From positions 1 to 36,389 of the forward strand of contig JAUIKZ010000001.1 of the NCBI GenBank assembly GCA_030433125.1: a stretch of 36,389 bases of DNA, in the 5' to 3' direction. Positions 1 to 9,197 of this stretch are shown piece by piece (within the stretch, counting starts at the first letter, position 1; every line of letters begins with the position of its first letter). The translations under genes were made by a program, and so were the position numbers. Origin of the DNA: Alphaproteobacteria bacterium (GTDB taxonomy: Bacteria > Pseudomonadota > Alphaproteobacteria > UBA6184). The notes below the pieces were generated by a model. The model saw only the letters and a program-made list of their open reading frames with translations. It searched no databases and was not told where the DNA came from.

Positions 1-189
1 GTCGAGGGCCGCATGGCGAAAGCGGCCAGCGAGATGAGCCACTGGCAGGAATACGACTACGTGGTCGTCAACCGGGACCTGGAGCGCTGCATCGCCGACG
101 TCGAGGCGATCCTGCGGGCCGAGCGCATGAAGCGCGAGCGCCAGACCAACCTCAGCGATTTCATCCGGGATCTCGCGCCCGAGGATTAA
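1..189 (+). CDS. gmk: guanylate kinase, C-terminal fragment (5' end outside window)
   Basis: Frame 1 from base 1 reads VEGRMAKAASEMSHWQEYDYVVVNRDLERCIADVEAILRAERMKRERQTNLSDFIRDLAPED, then TAA at 187-189. The EYDYVVVN-DL...AIL-AER pattern is the conserved C-terminal region of bacterial Gmk. It is missing from the ORF track because it has no start in the window. Confidence 0.7.
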   Translation, partial: VEGRMAKAASEMSHWQEYDYVVVNRDLERCIADVEAILRAERMKRERQTNLSDFIRDLAPED

Positions 190-971
190 GCCTCGGCGTA
201 ATTCCGGGCGAGAGCCGCGAACTCCTCAACGCTTAGCTCCTCGGCCCGCGCTGTAGGGCTGATCCCACAAGCTTCAATTTGCTCAACAGATAACAATGAC
301 TGCAAATTCTTCTTAATCATTTTACGGCGTGAGGAAAACGCAGTCTTCACAACCTTTCCCATTATCTCAAAAGGCACCGCCGGCTGCATATCAAGAGGGG
401 TTAACTGAACGACCGTAGACCAAATTTTAGGCTGTGGCTTAAAGGCAGTAGGCGGCACGTCCATAACCTTACGGCATTTTGCTACCCACTGGCACATCAC
501 CGACAAGCGTCCATAAGCTGAAGTGCGGGGCTTGGCCACAATACGTTCGGCCACTTCTTTTTGAAACATCAGCGTAAGGCTTGTAAAATGTTTAATATGA
601 GGAAGCCAGTTAAATAAAAGCTGGGTGCCCACATTATACGGGAGGTTCGACACAATTTGGCGTGGGGCCTGCCCCAGTTTATGAGCCTCTACCCTAAGAG
701 CGTCGTCATGAATAATATGTGCAGCCTCCCCAAGCTTCTGCCTTAAGAGCTCGATAAAACGCGTGTCTTTTTCAATGAGAATTAATTGAGCGGGATGCTT
801 TTCAGCTATTTTAGTGGTAAGCGCCCCTTGCCCAGGTCCCACTTCAATAACAGTCGCGTCAGGCCTAATGCCAGCGGCTAATATAATTTTGTGGATGATA
901 TTGTTGTCATGCAAAAAGTTTTGGCCAAGAGATTTCTTGGCCTTTAAAAAGCTTGGGGTTTGCTCGCTCAT
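186..971 (-). CDS. rsmA: 16S rRNA (adenine1518/1519-N6)-dimethyltransferase RsmA/KsgA
   Basis: 261-aa ORF with ATG at 969-971. It has KKSLGQNFL followed by the SAM-binding VIEVGPGQGALT, and NLPYNVGT, all typical of KsgA. Its stop shares the palindrome TTAA (186-189) with the gmk stop. Confidence 0.9.
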   Translation of the reverse strand: MSEQTPSFLKAKKSLGQNFLHDNNIIHKIILAAGIRPDATVIEVGPGQGALTTKIAEKHPAQLILIEKDTRFIELLRQKLGEAAHIIHDDALRVEAHKLGQAPRQIVSNLPYNVGTQLLFNWLPHIKHFTSLTLMFQKEVAERIVAKPRTSAYGRLSVMCQWVAKCRKVMDVPPTAFKPQPKIWSTVVQLTPLDMQPAVPFEIMGKVVKTAFSSRRKMIKKNLQSLLSVEQIEACGISPTARAEELSVEEFAALARNYAEA

Positions 972-974
972 GGG

Positions 975-2237
975 TTAATCAATAAGCTTAAAGCGTGCGT
1001 CTTTGATGTTAATTAAGGCTGACTGGCGCAATTCGCGTTTACGCTTTTCCGCTACAGCAATTAATTTTTCGTTAAGTAACACTTGCTCCGCTATGTTTTC
1101 TAACACAGGGCGTGGCGCCTCTTTAATTTTAGAAACAAACAAACGCATGCCGCCTTCTGGCACCGCCAATGGTTTTGTAAGCTCACGCTGTTTGGCGCCC
1201 ACCAAAACTTGTTGCAGGGCAGGGGGCATTTGCATGTAGGCTATGTTTGTTTGGGTGGTAAATTGAACCTCCGGATAGTTGCGTAAAACCCGCTCAACTT
1301 GGGCTGTTGTTTTAGCGGCCTCTAGCTCATCATTAAAAGATTTATCATTGATAATACTGTAGGGAATGAGCATTTGCACAAATTCAAAAGCAGAGCTTTC
1401 GGGCAGCACACGCCCCTTTGATAAACGGCCCTCCAGGTAGTAAATTTTGTAGCTAGAATCGGATTTCACTAAAACAAAATCTTTTTGCACATCCATGCCG
1501 CGCACTTGGGCTGCCTCTGCGTTTGTCAGGCTGCTGGAGGATAACCACCCCAGGTCGCCCCCAACTTTGGCAGTGTGCCCCATGGAAAACTGTTGCGCCA
1601 ACGCCTCAAATTTGGCGCCCGCTCTTAACAGCCCCAATAACATGGTGGCTTTGTTGCGTACATAAGGCTCATTCACACCATCCGTAAACGGCAATACAAT
1701 TTCATGAAGGTGCAGTTTTTCAACATTTTTTAAGTCTTGACGCCTTTTAAGATAAGCATCCACCTCTGCGGGGCTGACCGAAACCCTGCTTGCAAAAAAT
1801 TGCTGCAAATATTGCTGCCACATGAGTTGTGTGCGAATGTTTTTACGATGCACTTTAGGGTTGAGCCTTTGGCTTTTAAAATAGTCGTCCAGCTGCTGGG
1901 CGCTCATTTGATACTGCCCGGCAAAGGCCGCGTATGCCTGTTCCACCGTTTGTTCCGGGTAGCGCGCCCCAAGACGTTTGAACTCTTGGTTCATGGCTTC
2001 TTCAGACACCACAATATTAAAAATCTCGTTGCGGAGCTTATTCACATTTTCGGGTGTTTCTTCAATGCGTGACAGCATGAAAAACAGCCGCAGGCGGTTA
2101 TCCACATCACGGCTTGTGATAACCGTTTTGTTTACAGTAGCCACAACCTTAGGGCAGGTAACGGCCTGCGAAACGGGGGTGAGTAACAATACAACAACGC
2201 TCAAAAGTTTTTTAATCATAGGGCTCATATTTTTCAT
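975..2237 (-). CDS. surA: SurA-like periplasmic chaperone / parvulin-type peptidyl-prolyl isomerase
   Basis: The ORF spans 975..2306. A signal peptide (MKNMSPMIKKLLSVVVLLLTPVSQA) begins at an internal Met, so I place the start at 2237; 2228 or 2219 are also possible. There is a parvulin-like segment (FSMGHTAKVGGDLGWL). It sits directly upstream of rsmA, as in the proteobacterial lptD-surA-pdxA-rsmA cluster, though pdxA is absent here. Confidence 0.75.
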   Translation of the reverse strand: MKNMSPMIKKLLSVVVLLLTPVSQAVTCPKVVATVNKTVITSRDVDNRLRLFFMLSRIEETPENVNKLRNEIFNIVVSEEAMNQEFKRLGARYPEQTVEQAYAAFAGQYQMSAQQLDDYFKSQRLNPKVHRKNIRTQLMWQQYLQQFFASRVSVSPAEVDAYLKRRQDLKNVEKLHLHEIVLPFTDGVNEPYVRNKATMLLGLLRAGAKFEALAQQFSMGHTAKVGGDLGWLSSSSLTNAEAAQVRGMDVQKDFVLVKSDSSYKIYYLEGRLSKGRVLPESSAFEFVQMLIPYSIINDKSFNDELEAAKTTAQVERVLRNYPEVQFTTQTNIAYMQMPPALQQVLVGAKQRELTKPLAVPEGGMRLFVSKIKEAPRPVLENIAEQVLLNEKLIAVAEKRKRELRQSALINIKDARFKLID

Positions 2238-2407
2238 TAAATTACTAGGTTTCGCACGAAGATTCAATGTGAAATACAGGTTTCGCGTGTGGTTATACTG
2301 AACCAAATACGTTTTTGTCTGCCCAGGGCCCTCGCGCGCACCACCGCAAAAACTTGCAATTAAATATTAATTCCGGTAACCCTTATTAAAGATAAAGTAG
2401 GATTGAT

Positions 2408-3718
2408 ATGTCACATCAACAAACACGCGCTAAAATTGGGCTGATTGGCGCTACAGCCCTTGTGTTAGGTAACCTGGTGGGCTCTGGGGCATTTGTGCTG
2501 CCGGCCAACATGGCCAAAAAAGGGTACATCGGTTTGGTAAGCTGGGGCTTTACGGCGGCGGGCGCTATGTTGTTAGCGCTTATGTTCGCTCGCCTTAGCA
2601 TGAAGGTGCCAAAGCCGGGCGGCCCCCATGTGTTTGTTGAAGCGGCTTACGGCAATAAAACGTTGTCCTATTACACCGCATGGGGCTATTGGATGCTCAC
2701 CTGGATAGGGAATGCCGCTATCGTGGTAGCCATGTATGCCTATTTTAATGACATGGTAGGGGAAGAGCTCTCCTCTTATCAGCTCTTCTCCTTTGGGATT
2801 GCCACCTTAGCGTTCATGACCTACATTAACGTGCGTGGTATCCAAGAAGCCAACTTTGTGCAAATCCTTATTACCGTTTTAAAAGGAATCCCCATGGTGG
2901 CGGTGCCGCTGATCGCCTTCAAAAATTTTAGGCCGGAAATCAGCTTGCAATTCAACCTTACAGGCAGCTCGAATCTGTTAGCGTTTCAAGGAGCCGCTGT
3001 GTTAACGCTGTGGAGCTTTGTGGGAATCGAATCCGCTACGGTGCCGGCTGATGATGTGGACCAACCCACCAAAACCATTCCCCGTGCCACCTTGCTAGGC
3101 ACTTTTCTGGCTGGCCTTGTGTATATTGGGGGTAACTTTCTTTTGATGGGGGCTGTGCCTTTAGATGTTTTAGCCGCCTCTGATGCTCCTTACGCCACGG
3201 CCGCTACCTTTTTAATGGGCCCCAGCTTGGGTAAGCTCGTATCCATCGCCGCCTTTATTTGCTGTATAGGCACTCTCAACGGCTGGATGTTGTTAGTAGG
3301 GCAAATCCCCAAAGGCGCTGCGGATGATGGCTTGTTCCCCAAATATTTTGGCGTGTTATCTAACAGAGGTGTGCCGGCGCGCGGCATCATATTATCCGCT
3401 GTGTTGATGGGGCTTATCTTACTCATCACTCTGCGCCCAGATTTGTCTGATCAGTTTGACTTTATCGCGGAGCTTGCGGTCACCAGTTTGCTACTAATAT
3501 TTGTGATCATATTAGGTTGTTATTATGAATTATATGTAAAAGTAATGGGTCGCCTCAGCGACTATGTTATTTTTATACTGGGTGGGTTGTACACAGTGTG
3601 GTCACTTTACGCGGCCGGTGTGAATATGCTTTTATACTCAACGGTTATAATTTTTTCTGGCTATCCGGCGCAAATTTTGTTAGAGAAATGGGGAAATAGG
3701 AACAACAAAGATGAATAA
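2408..3718 (+). CDS. APC-superfamily amino acid/polyamine permease
   Basis: 436 aa, hydrophobic throughout with about 12 TM-like segments. The N-terminal IGATALVLGNLVGSGAFVLP motif is typical of APC transporters. AGGA lies 5 nt upstream of the ATG. Substrate cannot be assigned. Confidence 0.85.
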   Translation: MSHQQTRAKIGLIGATALVLGNLVGSGAFVLPANMAKKGYIGLVSWGFTAAGAMLLALMFARLSMKVPKPGGPHVFVEAAYGNKTLSYYTAWGYWMLTWIGNAAIVVAMYAYFNDMVGEELSSYQLFSFGIATLAFMTYINVRGIQEANFVQILITVLKGIPMVAVPLIAFKNFRPEISLQFNLTGSSNLLAFQGAAVLTLWSFVGIESATVPADDVDQPTKTIPRATLLGTFLAGLVYIGGNFLLMGAVPLDVLAASDAPYATAATFLMGPSLGKLVSIAAFICCIGTLNGWMLLVGQIPKGAADDGLFPKYFGVLSNRGVPARGIILSAVLMGLILLITLRPDLSDQFDFIAELAVTSLLLIFVIILGCYYELYVKVMGRLSDYVIFILGGLYTVWSLYAAGVNMLLYSTVIIFSGYPAQILLEKWGNRNNKDE

Positions 3719-3787
3719 CCTCTTAATTTATGGATCTACAACTATTCTAGTGATACTCACCATTCTTTACGGGATATCCGTATTTTA

Positions 3788-3806
3788 GGGGCGCGTTTTA
3801 CGCCCC
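3788..3806 (+). terminator. GC-rich hairpin downstream of the permease (weak U tract)
   Basis: ggggcg (3788-3793) pairs perfectly with cgcccc (3801-3806) around a 7-nt loop. The sequence that follows (gccttctatct) is only moderately T-rich. Confidence 0.4.
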
Positions 3807-3892
3807 CGCCTTCTATCTAAAAGCTCTTGTCACGAAACATTTTTAGTTTTTACTCATTTGTGCTAGTTTAGCTTCAAAAAGGGCTTACACAC

Positions 3893-4591
3893 ATGGATGA
3901 CGCTGTAGTAGAAACCACTATTAATACAGCAGATAACTTTTCACTTTTCTCAATCATCACAGGTGCCGACTTTGTGGTGCAAATGGTGATGCTTATCTTG
4001 TTTGCGGCGTCGGTGTGGAGCGTGGCCACCATCTTTTATAAGTTCAGCTTGTTCTTAAAATTAAACCATAACATTAAGCAGTTTGAAAAACTGTTCTGGA
4101 GCGGCGAGCCCTTAGACCAAATTCGGCGCAAAGCCAATAATCGCGCCAACAATCCCCTTACGGTCGTGTTCCTCGATGGCATGCATGAGTGGGAGAAAAC
4201 CGGTTATCGGGTCACGAAAAATATTCTAGAGCGCTTGCGCATGAAAATGATGGCCTCTTTGCAAGAAGAGGTGAGTAAAGCCGAAGACAAAGTGCCTATG
4301 TTGGCCACCATTGGCTCAGTCTCCCCTTTTATAGGGTTGTTCGGCACGGTATGGGGCATTGTGAACAGTTTGCGTACCATTGGCGCCCAAAAGTCTACCA
4401 GCCTTGCGGTGGTGGCTCCCCACATAGCCGAGGCCTTGTTTGCTACCGCCATTGGGTTGGTAGCCGCCATTCCCGCGGTGATGGCCTATAACCGCTTCGC
4501 CCGCGATCTCAACAAGATTCATCTCCGTGGGGAGAACTTTGTGAACGAATTCATTGTTGTGCTCTCCCATCAGCTACAAGAGGTAGTGTAA
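3893..4591 (+). CDS. tolQ: Tol-Pal system proton channel protein TolQ (MotA/TolQ/ExbB family)
   Basis: 232 aa with three TM segments. It has the conserved SPFIGLFGTVWGI motif and is followed by tolR and tolA. Confidence 0.85.
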   Translation: MDDAVVETTINTADNFSLFSIITGADFVVQMVMLILFAASVWSVATIFYKFSLFLKLNHNIKQFEKLFWSGEPLDQIRRKANNRANNPLTVVFLDGMHEWEKTGYRVTKNILERLRMKMMASLQEEVSKAEDKVPMLATIGSVSPFIGLFGTVWGIVNSLRTIGAQKSTSLAVVAPHIAEALFATAIGLVAAIPAVMAYNRFARDLNKIHLRGENFVNEFIVVLSHQLQEVV

Positions 4592-4592
4592 C

Positions 4593-5027
4593 ATGGCATT
4601 GGGGCCTCAACAAAACAACGGGTCATCACGGCGTAGCATGAGCGCCATTGCCGAAATCAACATGACCCCTTTTATTGATGTAATGTTGGTGCTGCTTATT
4701 ATCTTCATGATCACGGCTCCTCTCTTAACTGTTGGCGTTGATGTGAGCTTACCTAAAACAGCCGCTAGCACCATCACCGAAGACAAAAAGCCCTTAGTGG
4801 TGAGTATCAAGAAAACCGCTGCAATATATGTGCAAGAAACGCCCGTCGATCGCACTAGCCTTATCAGCAAGTTAGACACATTGAGCGGTCAGAAAAAAGA
4901 CGTGAAAATCTATATTCAGGCCGACGAAGGCTTGTCTTATGGCACCTTTATGGAGATCATGGGCTTGATAAACCGTGCGGGGTATAAACGTGTGGCGCTT
5001 ATCGGAGAAGCATTGGAGACACGTTAA
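4593..5027 (+). CDS. tolR: Tol-Pal system protein TolR (ExbD/TolR family)
   Basis: 144 aa. It has the EINMTPFIDVMLVLLIIFMITAPLL anchor motif and starts 1 nt after the tolQ stop. Confidence 0.85.
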   Translation: MALGPQQNNGSSRRSMSAIAEINMTPFIDVMLVLLIIFMITAPLLTVGVDVSLPKTAASTITEDKKPLVVSIKKTAAIYVQETPVDRTSLISKLDTLSGQKKDVKIYIQADEGLSYGTFMEIMGLINRAGYKRVALIGEALETR

Positions 5028-5029
5028 GC

Positions 5030-5947
5030 ATGAGAGACATGCCCTTTAGCACCATTGCCTCCTTGTTTTTACACGCTGTGATTTTGTTTTTCTTTGCGGT
5101 TGATTTTTCTGACCCACCTGAGCCGCTTAAGTTAGAAGCGGTGACAGGAATAGATATTGAAATGATCAGCCCCGAAGACACAACCTCCGACACCCAACGT
5201 AAAAAAACAGCTAACACCAAAAAAGAACTAAAGCCTCGCCCCCTGCGCGCAAAAGGGGCTCCTAAAATTGATACCCAGCGCAAAACGGTTGAGGCACCTA
5301 AACCAAAACCCATCCCCGCACCTAAACCTGAGGCGGCCCCTAAGCCCAGCCAACAGAAACCGGCGCCAGCGAAAAAGCCAACGCCGAAGCCAAAAGCTCA
5401 GCCCGCGCCGCCCAAAAAAGCAGCCCCCAAAACGTCAGCCCCGAAAAAGAGCCCGCCTAAGCAAGCGCCCAAAACAGCTCCGCGCAAAACGCCCGCGCAG
5501 GCCACTAAAAAGGCGGCCAAGCCTAAAGGCGACGTGTTAACGGACATCATAAAAAACCTGGCGCCCGATGAGGGTGGTAAAGCTGAAGGACGCAGCCTTA
5601 AAAACTCACGGGCGCCTAAACGAGGCAATACAACCACTAAGCTCAACAATGGCCAGATCTCCCTAATTCAGCAAGAGCTGAAAAAGCAAATCGAAGAGAA
5701 CTGGTCTCATAGCAGCTATAAAAAATATGACTTCCATCTGAACATTAAACTGGGCGCCAATGGCAAGGTGGAAAACGTGACCATCCTGAATGAAACGAAA
5801 TTGAGCGCCGACGTGCGCCCCGCCGCCGAAACAGCCCAACGGGCCATTTTGCGTATGGGGGCGTTTAAGGTGCCAGCCAAAATTTTCCCGCCTAAGCTCC
5901 ATAAAGAATGGGGTGAAATTCGGATCCGGTTCTCGTCGAGTCATTAA
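5030..5947 (+). CDS. tolA: TolA-like envelope-spanning protein with Pro/Lys/Ala-rich linker
   Basis: 305 aa with an N-terminal TM anchor (IASLFLHAVILFFFAV). A long low-complexity linker (PKPKPIPAPKPEAAPKP...) precedes a compact C-terminal domain. It sits after tolQR. Confidence 0.7.
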   Translation: MRDMPFSTIASLFLHAVILFFFAVDFSDPPEPLKLEAVTGIDIEMISPEDTTSDTQRKKTANTKKELKPRPLRAKGAPKIDTQRKTVEAPKPKPIPAPKPEAAPKPSQQKPAPAKKPTPKPKAQPAPPKKAAPKTSAPKKSPPKQAPKTAPRKTPAQATKKAAKPKGDVLTDIIKNLAPDEGGKAEGRSLKNSRAPKRGNTTTKLNNGQISLIQQELKKQIEENWSHSSYKKYDFHLNIKLGANGKVENVTILNETKLSADVRPAAETAQRAILRMGAFKVPAKIFPPKLHKEWGEIRIRFSSSH

Positions 5948-5953
5948 CCGCAG

Positions 5954-5977
5954 GTTTTATTTTTTTCGAAATAAAAC
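5954..5977. terminator. AT-rich hairpin between convergent tolA and ratA-like genes
   Basis: gttttattt (5954-5962) pairs perfectly with aaataaaac (5969-5977) around a 6-nt loop. The stem is all A/T apart from the terminal G-C pair (5954/5977), so stability is low. Confidence 0.3.
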
Positions 5978-5999
5978 AGTGAACAAGATAGTGGAAATA

Positions 6000-6446
6000 T
6001 TATGCGTTATTAGCCATATTCTGCTGTGCCAAGTGCGCCGCTCGGTCCTCAAAGGCTTGCACCATGGTTTGGCCAATTTGGTTTAGCACCAGTTTTAGCA
6101 TGCCCGCTAAGAGGGTGTTGTTGAGCTCGAAGTCAATATCAAACCGCACGTGCGTGCCATTATCATTTTCGTCTAACACCCAGTGGCTTTCAAGGTGGCG
6201 CAGGGGTGCTGTGTGGCTGCGAATAATCACTTTTCTATGGGGCGTAAGTTCCACGTCTGAGCGAAAAGTTTCGGTAAAAGGGCCTTTACCCAACGTCATG
6301 TCCGCCACTATTTTATTCTCTGCCCGTTCAAGCACCGTTATCTTTTGGCACCATGGCAGAAACTGCGGGTAAGCCTCCACATTCTGAATAATATCAAACA
6401 AGAAGGCTGCTGTGTGTGGCAGCTGCTTTTGTGAGCTGTAATGCAT
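6000..6446 (-). CDS. SRPBCC-fold protein, RatA / COQ10-like (ubiquinone-binding or ribosome-association family)
   Basis: 148 aa. The pattern VEAYPQFLPWC...V...R is typical of the polyketide cyclase/dehydrase (RatA/COQ10) family. It lies 1 nt downstream of lipA, a common alphaproteobacterial arrangement. Confidence 0.75.
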   Translation of the reverse strand: MHYSSQKQLPHTAAFLFDIIQNVEAYPQFLPWCQKITVLERAENKIVADMTLGKGPFTETFRSDVELTPHRKVIIRSHTAPLRHLESHWVLDENDNGTHVRFDIDFELNNTLLAGMLKLVLNQIGQTMVQAFEDRAAHLAQQNMANNA

Positions 6447-6447
6447 A

Positions 6448-7362
6448 TTATGCCCGCAACTTTTGTTGGTCGGCTAGCTTTTTCTCTCGGGCGGCTTGTA
6501 GCTTTTTAAAGTCATCCCCCGCATGGTAAGAAGAGCGTGTGAGGGGCGAAGCCGAGATCATCAAAAACCCTTTGCCCCAGCCCATTTTTTCCATCTTCTT
6601 AAAGGTGTCGGGGGTCACAAAATCTATCACCGGGTGATGCTTTGGTGTGGGCTGCAAGTATTGCCCAATGGTCATGAAGTCTACCTCAGCGCTGCGGAGG
6701 TCATCCATTACTTGATACACCTCGTCCACACTTTCGCCAAGTCCCACCATAATGCCAGATTTGGTGAATATGCTGGGGTCCAGGCGCTTCACTTCTGCCA
6801 ACAGTTTGAGGGAATGAAAATAGCGAGCCCCTGGCCGCACAGGCTTATAAAGCCTGGGCACCGTTTCTAGGTTGTGGTTAAACACATCCGGCTTGGCCGC
6901 TACTACCACTTCTAGCGCCCCGTCTTTTTTTTGAAAGTCGGGGGTAAGAATTTCGATGGTGGTGGCGGGTGAGCTGGCCCGAATAGCCCGAATGGTTTGA
7001 GCAAAATGCTCTGCACCACCGTCGGGGAGGTCATCACGGTCAACGGAAGTGATCACCACATGCTCTAAGCCCAAATTTCCTAGGGCTTCGGCTACGCGTT
7101 CGGGCTCGTGTGGGTCAAGCAGGTCCGGGCGGCCAGTAGCGATGTTGCAAAAGGCACAGGCCCGGGTGCACACGCTGCCCAAAATCATGATGGTGGCATG
7201 TTTTTTCGACCAGCACTCGCCAATATTAGGGCAGGCTGCCTCTTCACACACGGTGTTCAGCTTTTGCTGGCGCATGAGGTCTTTCGTTTCATGATACCCT
7301 TGGCTAACAGGCGCTTTCACCCGTAGCCAATCTGGCTTTTTTCGCTTAACCGTGTCTGTCAT
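6448..7362 (-). CDS. lipA: lipoyl synthase
   Basis: It carries both Cys clusters, [13 protein letters not shown] and the radical-SAM [10 protein letters not shown]. The track start at 7374 is TTG. I prefer the ATG at 7360-7362 ([12 protein letters not shown]), which is preceded by GGAGGA. Confidence 0.95.
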   Translation of the reverse strand: MTDTVKRKKPDWLRVKAPVSQGYHETKDLMRQQKLNTVCEEAACPNIGECWSKKHATIMILGSVCTRACAFCNIATGRPDLLDPHEPERVAEALGNLGLEHVVITSVDRDDLPDGGAEHFAQTIRAIRASSPATTIEILTPDFQKKDGALEVVVAAKPDVFNHNLETVPRLYKPVRPGARYFHSLKLLAEVKRLDPSIFTKSGIMVGLGESVDEVYQVMDDLRSAEVDFMTIGQYLQPTPKHHPVIDFVTPDTFKKMEKMGWGKGFLMISASPLTRSSYHAGDDFKKLQAAREKKLADQQKLRA

Positions 7363-7374
7363 GGCGTCCTCCAA

Positions 7375-8760
7375 CTATTTGTGTATGGCCTTCCCGTAAG
7401 CATCTAACACGCTTTCGTGCATCATTTCCGACAGGGTTGGGTGCGGGAAAATGGTGTGCATGAGGTCTTCCTCGGTGGCCTCCAGCTGTTTCGCAATGGC
7501 AAACCCTTGCACCAGCTCTGTCACTTCTGGGCCGATCATATGCGCCCCCAGAAGCTCACCGGTTTCCGCATGGAAGATGGTTTTCACTAAGGCCTCTGGG
7601 TCGCCCAACGCCAGTGCTTTCCCGTTGCCAATGCCTGTAAAGCGCCCCACTTTGATGGGGATGTTTTGCTCTTTGCAGGCTTGTTCGGTAAGGCCAATGC
7701 TGGCAATTTGCGGGTGCGAATAAGTGCAGCCCGGAATGTTGTTAAAATTCATAGGCTTTACCTTGCGGCCCGCGATTTTATCCACCACCATAATGCCTTC
7801 ATGGCTGGCTTTGTGGGCTAGCCACGGGGCCGACGCCACATCACCGATGGCATAAATGTTGGGGATAGACGTTTGGCAGTATTGGTTAAGCACGAGGCGG
7901 TTGCTGTCGAGCTTGATGTTGTTGTCTTCAAGCCCAATCTTTTCGATGTTAGGCACAACCCCAATGGCCGTAATTACACGGTCAAAGCTTTCCTTAAGGT
8001 CGCCGTTTGGCGTTTTAAGGGTCACGTTAACCTGGGCATTTTGAACGCCCTCGTTGGTGGCGGTGCTACCTGTTAAAATACGCATGCCTTGTTTTTCAAA
8101 CTGCTGTTTGGCGTAGGTGCTTATTTCTGCATCTTCTGCCGGCAGAATGTTGTTTTGCAACTCCACAATAGTAACCTCACTGCCCAGGCTATGGTAAAAG
8201 CTGGCGAACTCCACACCGATGGCGCCACTGCCGATCACCAATAGCTTTTTCGGCATATCTTCGGGGACCATGGCCTCTTTGTAAGTAACAATATGCTTTC
8301 CATCTGGTTCAAACCCGGGGAGCACCCGGGCACGCGCCCCTGTGGAAATAACAATACTGTTTGTGTGAATCAGTTGTTCCGTGTCACCCTGGCAGAGTAC
8401 CTTGTGAGGGGAGGCGATGCGCCCGTGCCCCCAAAAGACATCTACCTTATTTTTTTTGAGCAGCATTTGCACACCTTTGGCGAGTTGAGCGCTCACATCG
8501 CGAGACCGGCGCACAATTTTGCTCAAGTCAAAAGATGCCCCGTCGAGCTGAATACCAAAACGATCGGGTTCTTGCATAAGGCTGAAAAGTTCGCTGGTGC
8601 GTAGCAGCGCTTTCGTGGGGATGCACCCCCAGTTGAGGCAGATGCCCCCCAGGTGCTCTTTTTCCACCAAGGCCACCTTGAGCCCAAGCTGCCCAGCCCG
8701 AATGGCCGCCACGTAGCCGCCTGGGCCACCACCGATAATTGTTACGTCGTAAGTGTTCAT
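7375..8760 (-). CDS. lpdA: dihydrolipoyl dehydrogenase (E3)
   Basis: 461 aa with the FAD motif IIGGGPGGYVAAIRA and the redox-active disulfide GGICLNWGCIPTK. The C-terminal HPTLSE interface motif is also present. Confidence 0.95.
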   Translation of the reverse strand: MNTYDVTIIGGGPGGYVAAIRAGQLGLKVALVEKEHLGGICLNWGCIPTKALLRTSELFSLMQEPDRFGIQLDGASFDLSKIVRRSRDVSAQLAKGVQMLLKKNKVDVFWGHGRIASPHKVLCQGDTEQLIHTNSIVISTGARARVLPGFEPDGKHIVTYKEAMVPEDMPKKLLVIGSGAIGVEFASFYHSLGSEVTIVELQNNILPAEDAEISTYAKQQFEKQGMRILTGSTATNEGVQNAQVNVTLKTPNGDLKESFDRVITAIGVVPNIEKIGLEDNNIKLDSNRLVLNQYCQTSIPNIYAIGDVASAPWLAHKASHEGIMVVDKIAGRKVKPMNFNNIPGCTYSHPQIASIGLTEQACKEQNIPIKVGRFTGIGNGKALALGDPEALVKTIFHAETGELLGAHMIGPEVTELVQGFAIAKQLEATEEDLMHTIFPHPTLSEMMHESVLDAYGKAIHK

Positions 8761-9197
8761 ATGCTCTCTTTATCTTGTGATTATATACCACAGGTTTTGC
8801 CTCTAAAAAAGGGTTTTGGGCAATAACAGGGGAGGGTGGGGCCATCTCTACAGTCTTAATTTGCTTTATTTTTACCTGCAACTCCACTAGTTGATCAGGG
8901 GGGGGTGGCGCGAAATAGTCAGCATAATAATGTTGAGGCATGGTTAATTCCTTTCTAGTTTAATTGAATGATTGTATGTGTGAGCGCCTGTGGCGCACAT
9001 GGTGATGCTGATACCCCTCGTAAAGGCGGAGAGGCACAAGCCTATAAGTAAAAGTGAGGATAGTTTAAAAGCTTAAGACATAAGCTTTAGTCAGTTAATG
9101 CGAACAGATTTTGTTGTTTGTACGCGTGAACCTTGTTTACACGCTAATACAATTATCTTAACAAATAGTTAACAAAATAAAGAAAAATGAATAAGGA

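Noticed and set aside
1003-2301. Three plus-strand ORFs (78-111 aa) inside the surA-like gene
   Set aside because: They are antisense shadow ORFs within a CDS that has a signal peptide and a PPIase motif. They have no RBS or independent support.
5268-5649. Alternative-frame and antisense ORFs (5268-5540 plus, 5398-5649 minus) with extremely Arg/Pro-rich products
   Set aside because: They are frame-shifted readings of the Pro/Lys/Ala low-complexity linker of TolA. Such repeats stay open in several frames by composition alone.
6000-6446. Possible RatA-type toxin of a toxin-antitoxin pair
   Set aside because: There is no small partner ORF adjacent. The gene is tightly coupled to lipA, as is common in alphaproteobacteria. 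A COQ10-like or SRPBCC housekeeping role is more likely than a TA module.
8528-8941. 137-aa minus-strand ORF with a good SD (AAGGA, 7 nt, ATG at 8939-8941)
   Set aside because: It overlaps the first 233 nt of lpdA in a different frame, and the overlapping part looks like shadow sequence (RRNNYRWWPRRLRGG...). I do not call it a gene. The SD and the upstream 180 nt are noted under the spacer finding as unresolved.
9148-9165. gtgaaccttgttt resembling repeat module 1 (gtgaacttgtttt), and aagcctataagtaaaa (about 9040-9055) resembling aagcctagtaaaa of copy B
   Set aside because: Only ~12-13 nt match in each case. The flanks do not align, and the order of the two matches is inverted relative to copies A and B. 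I do not count this as a repeat copy without a formal search.
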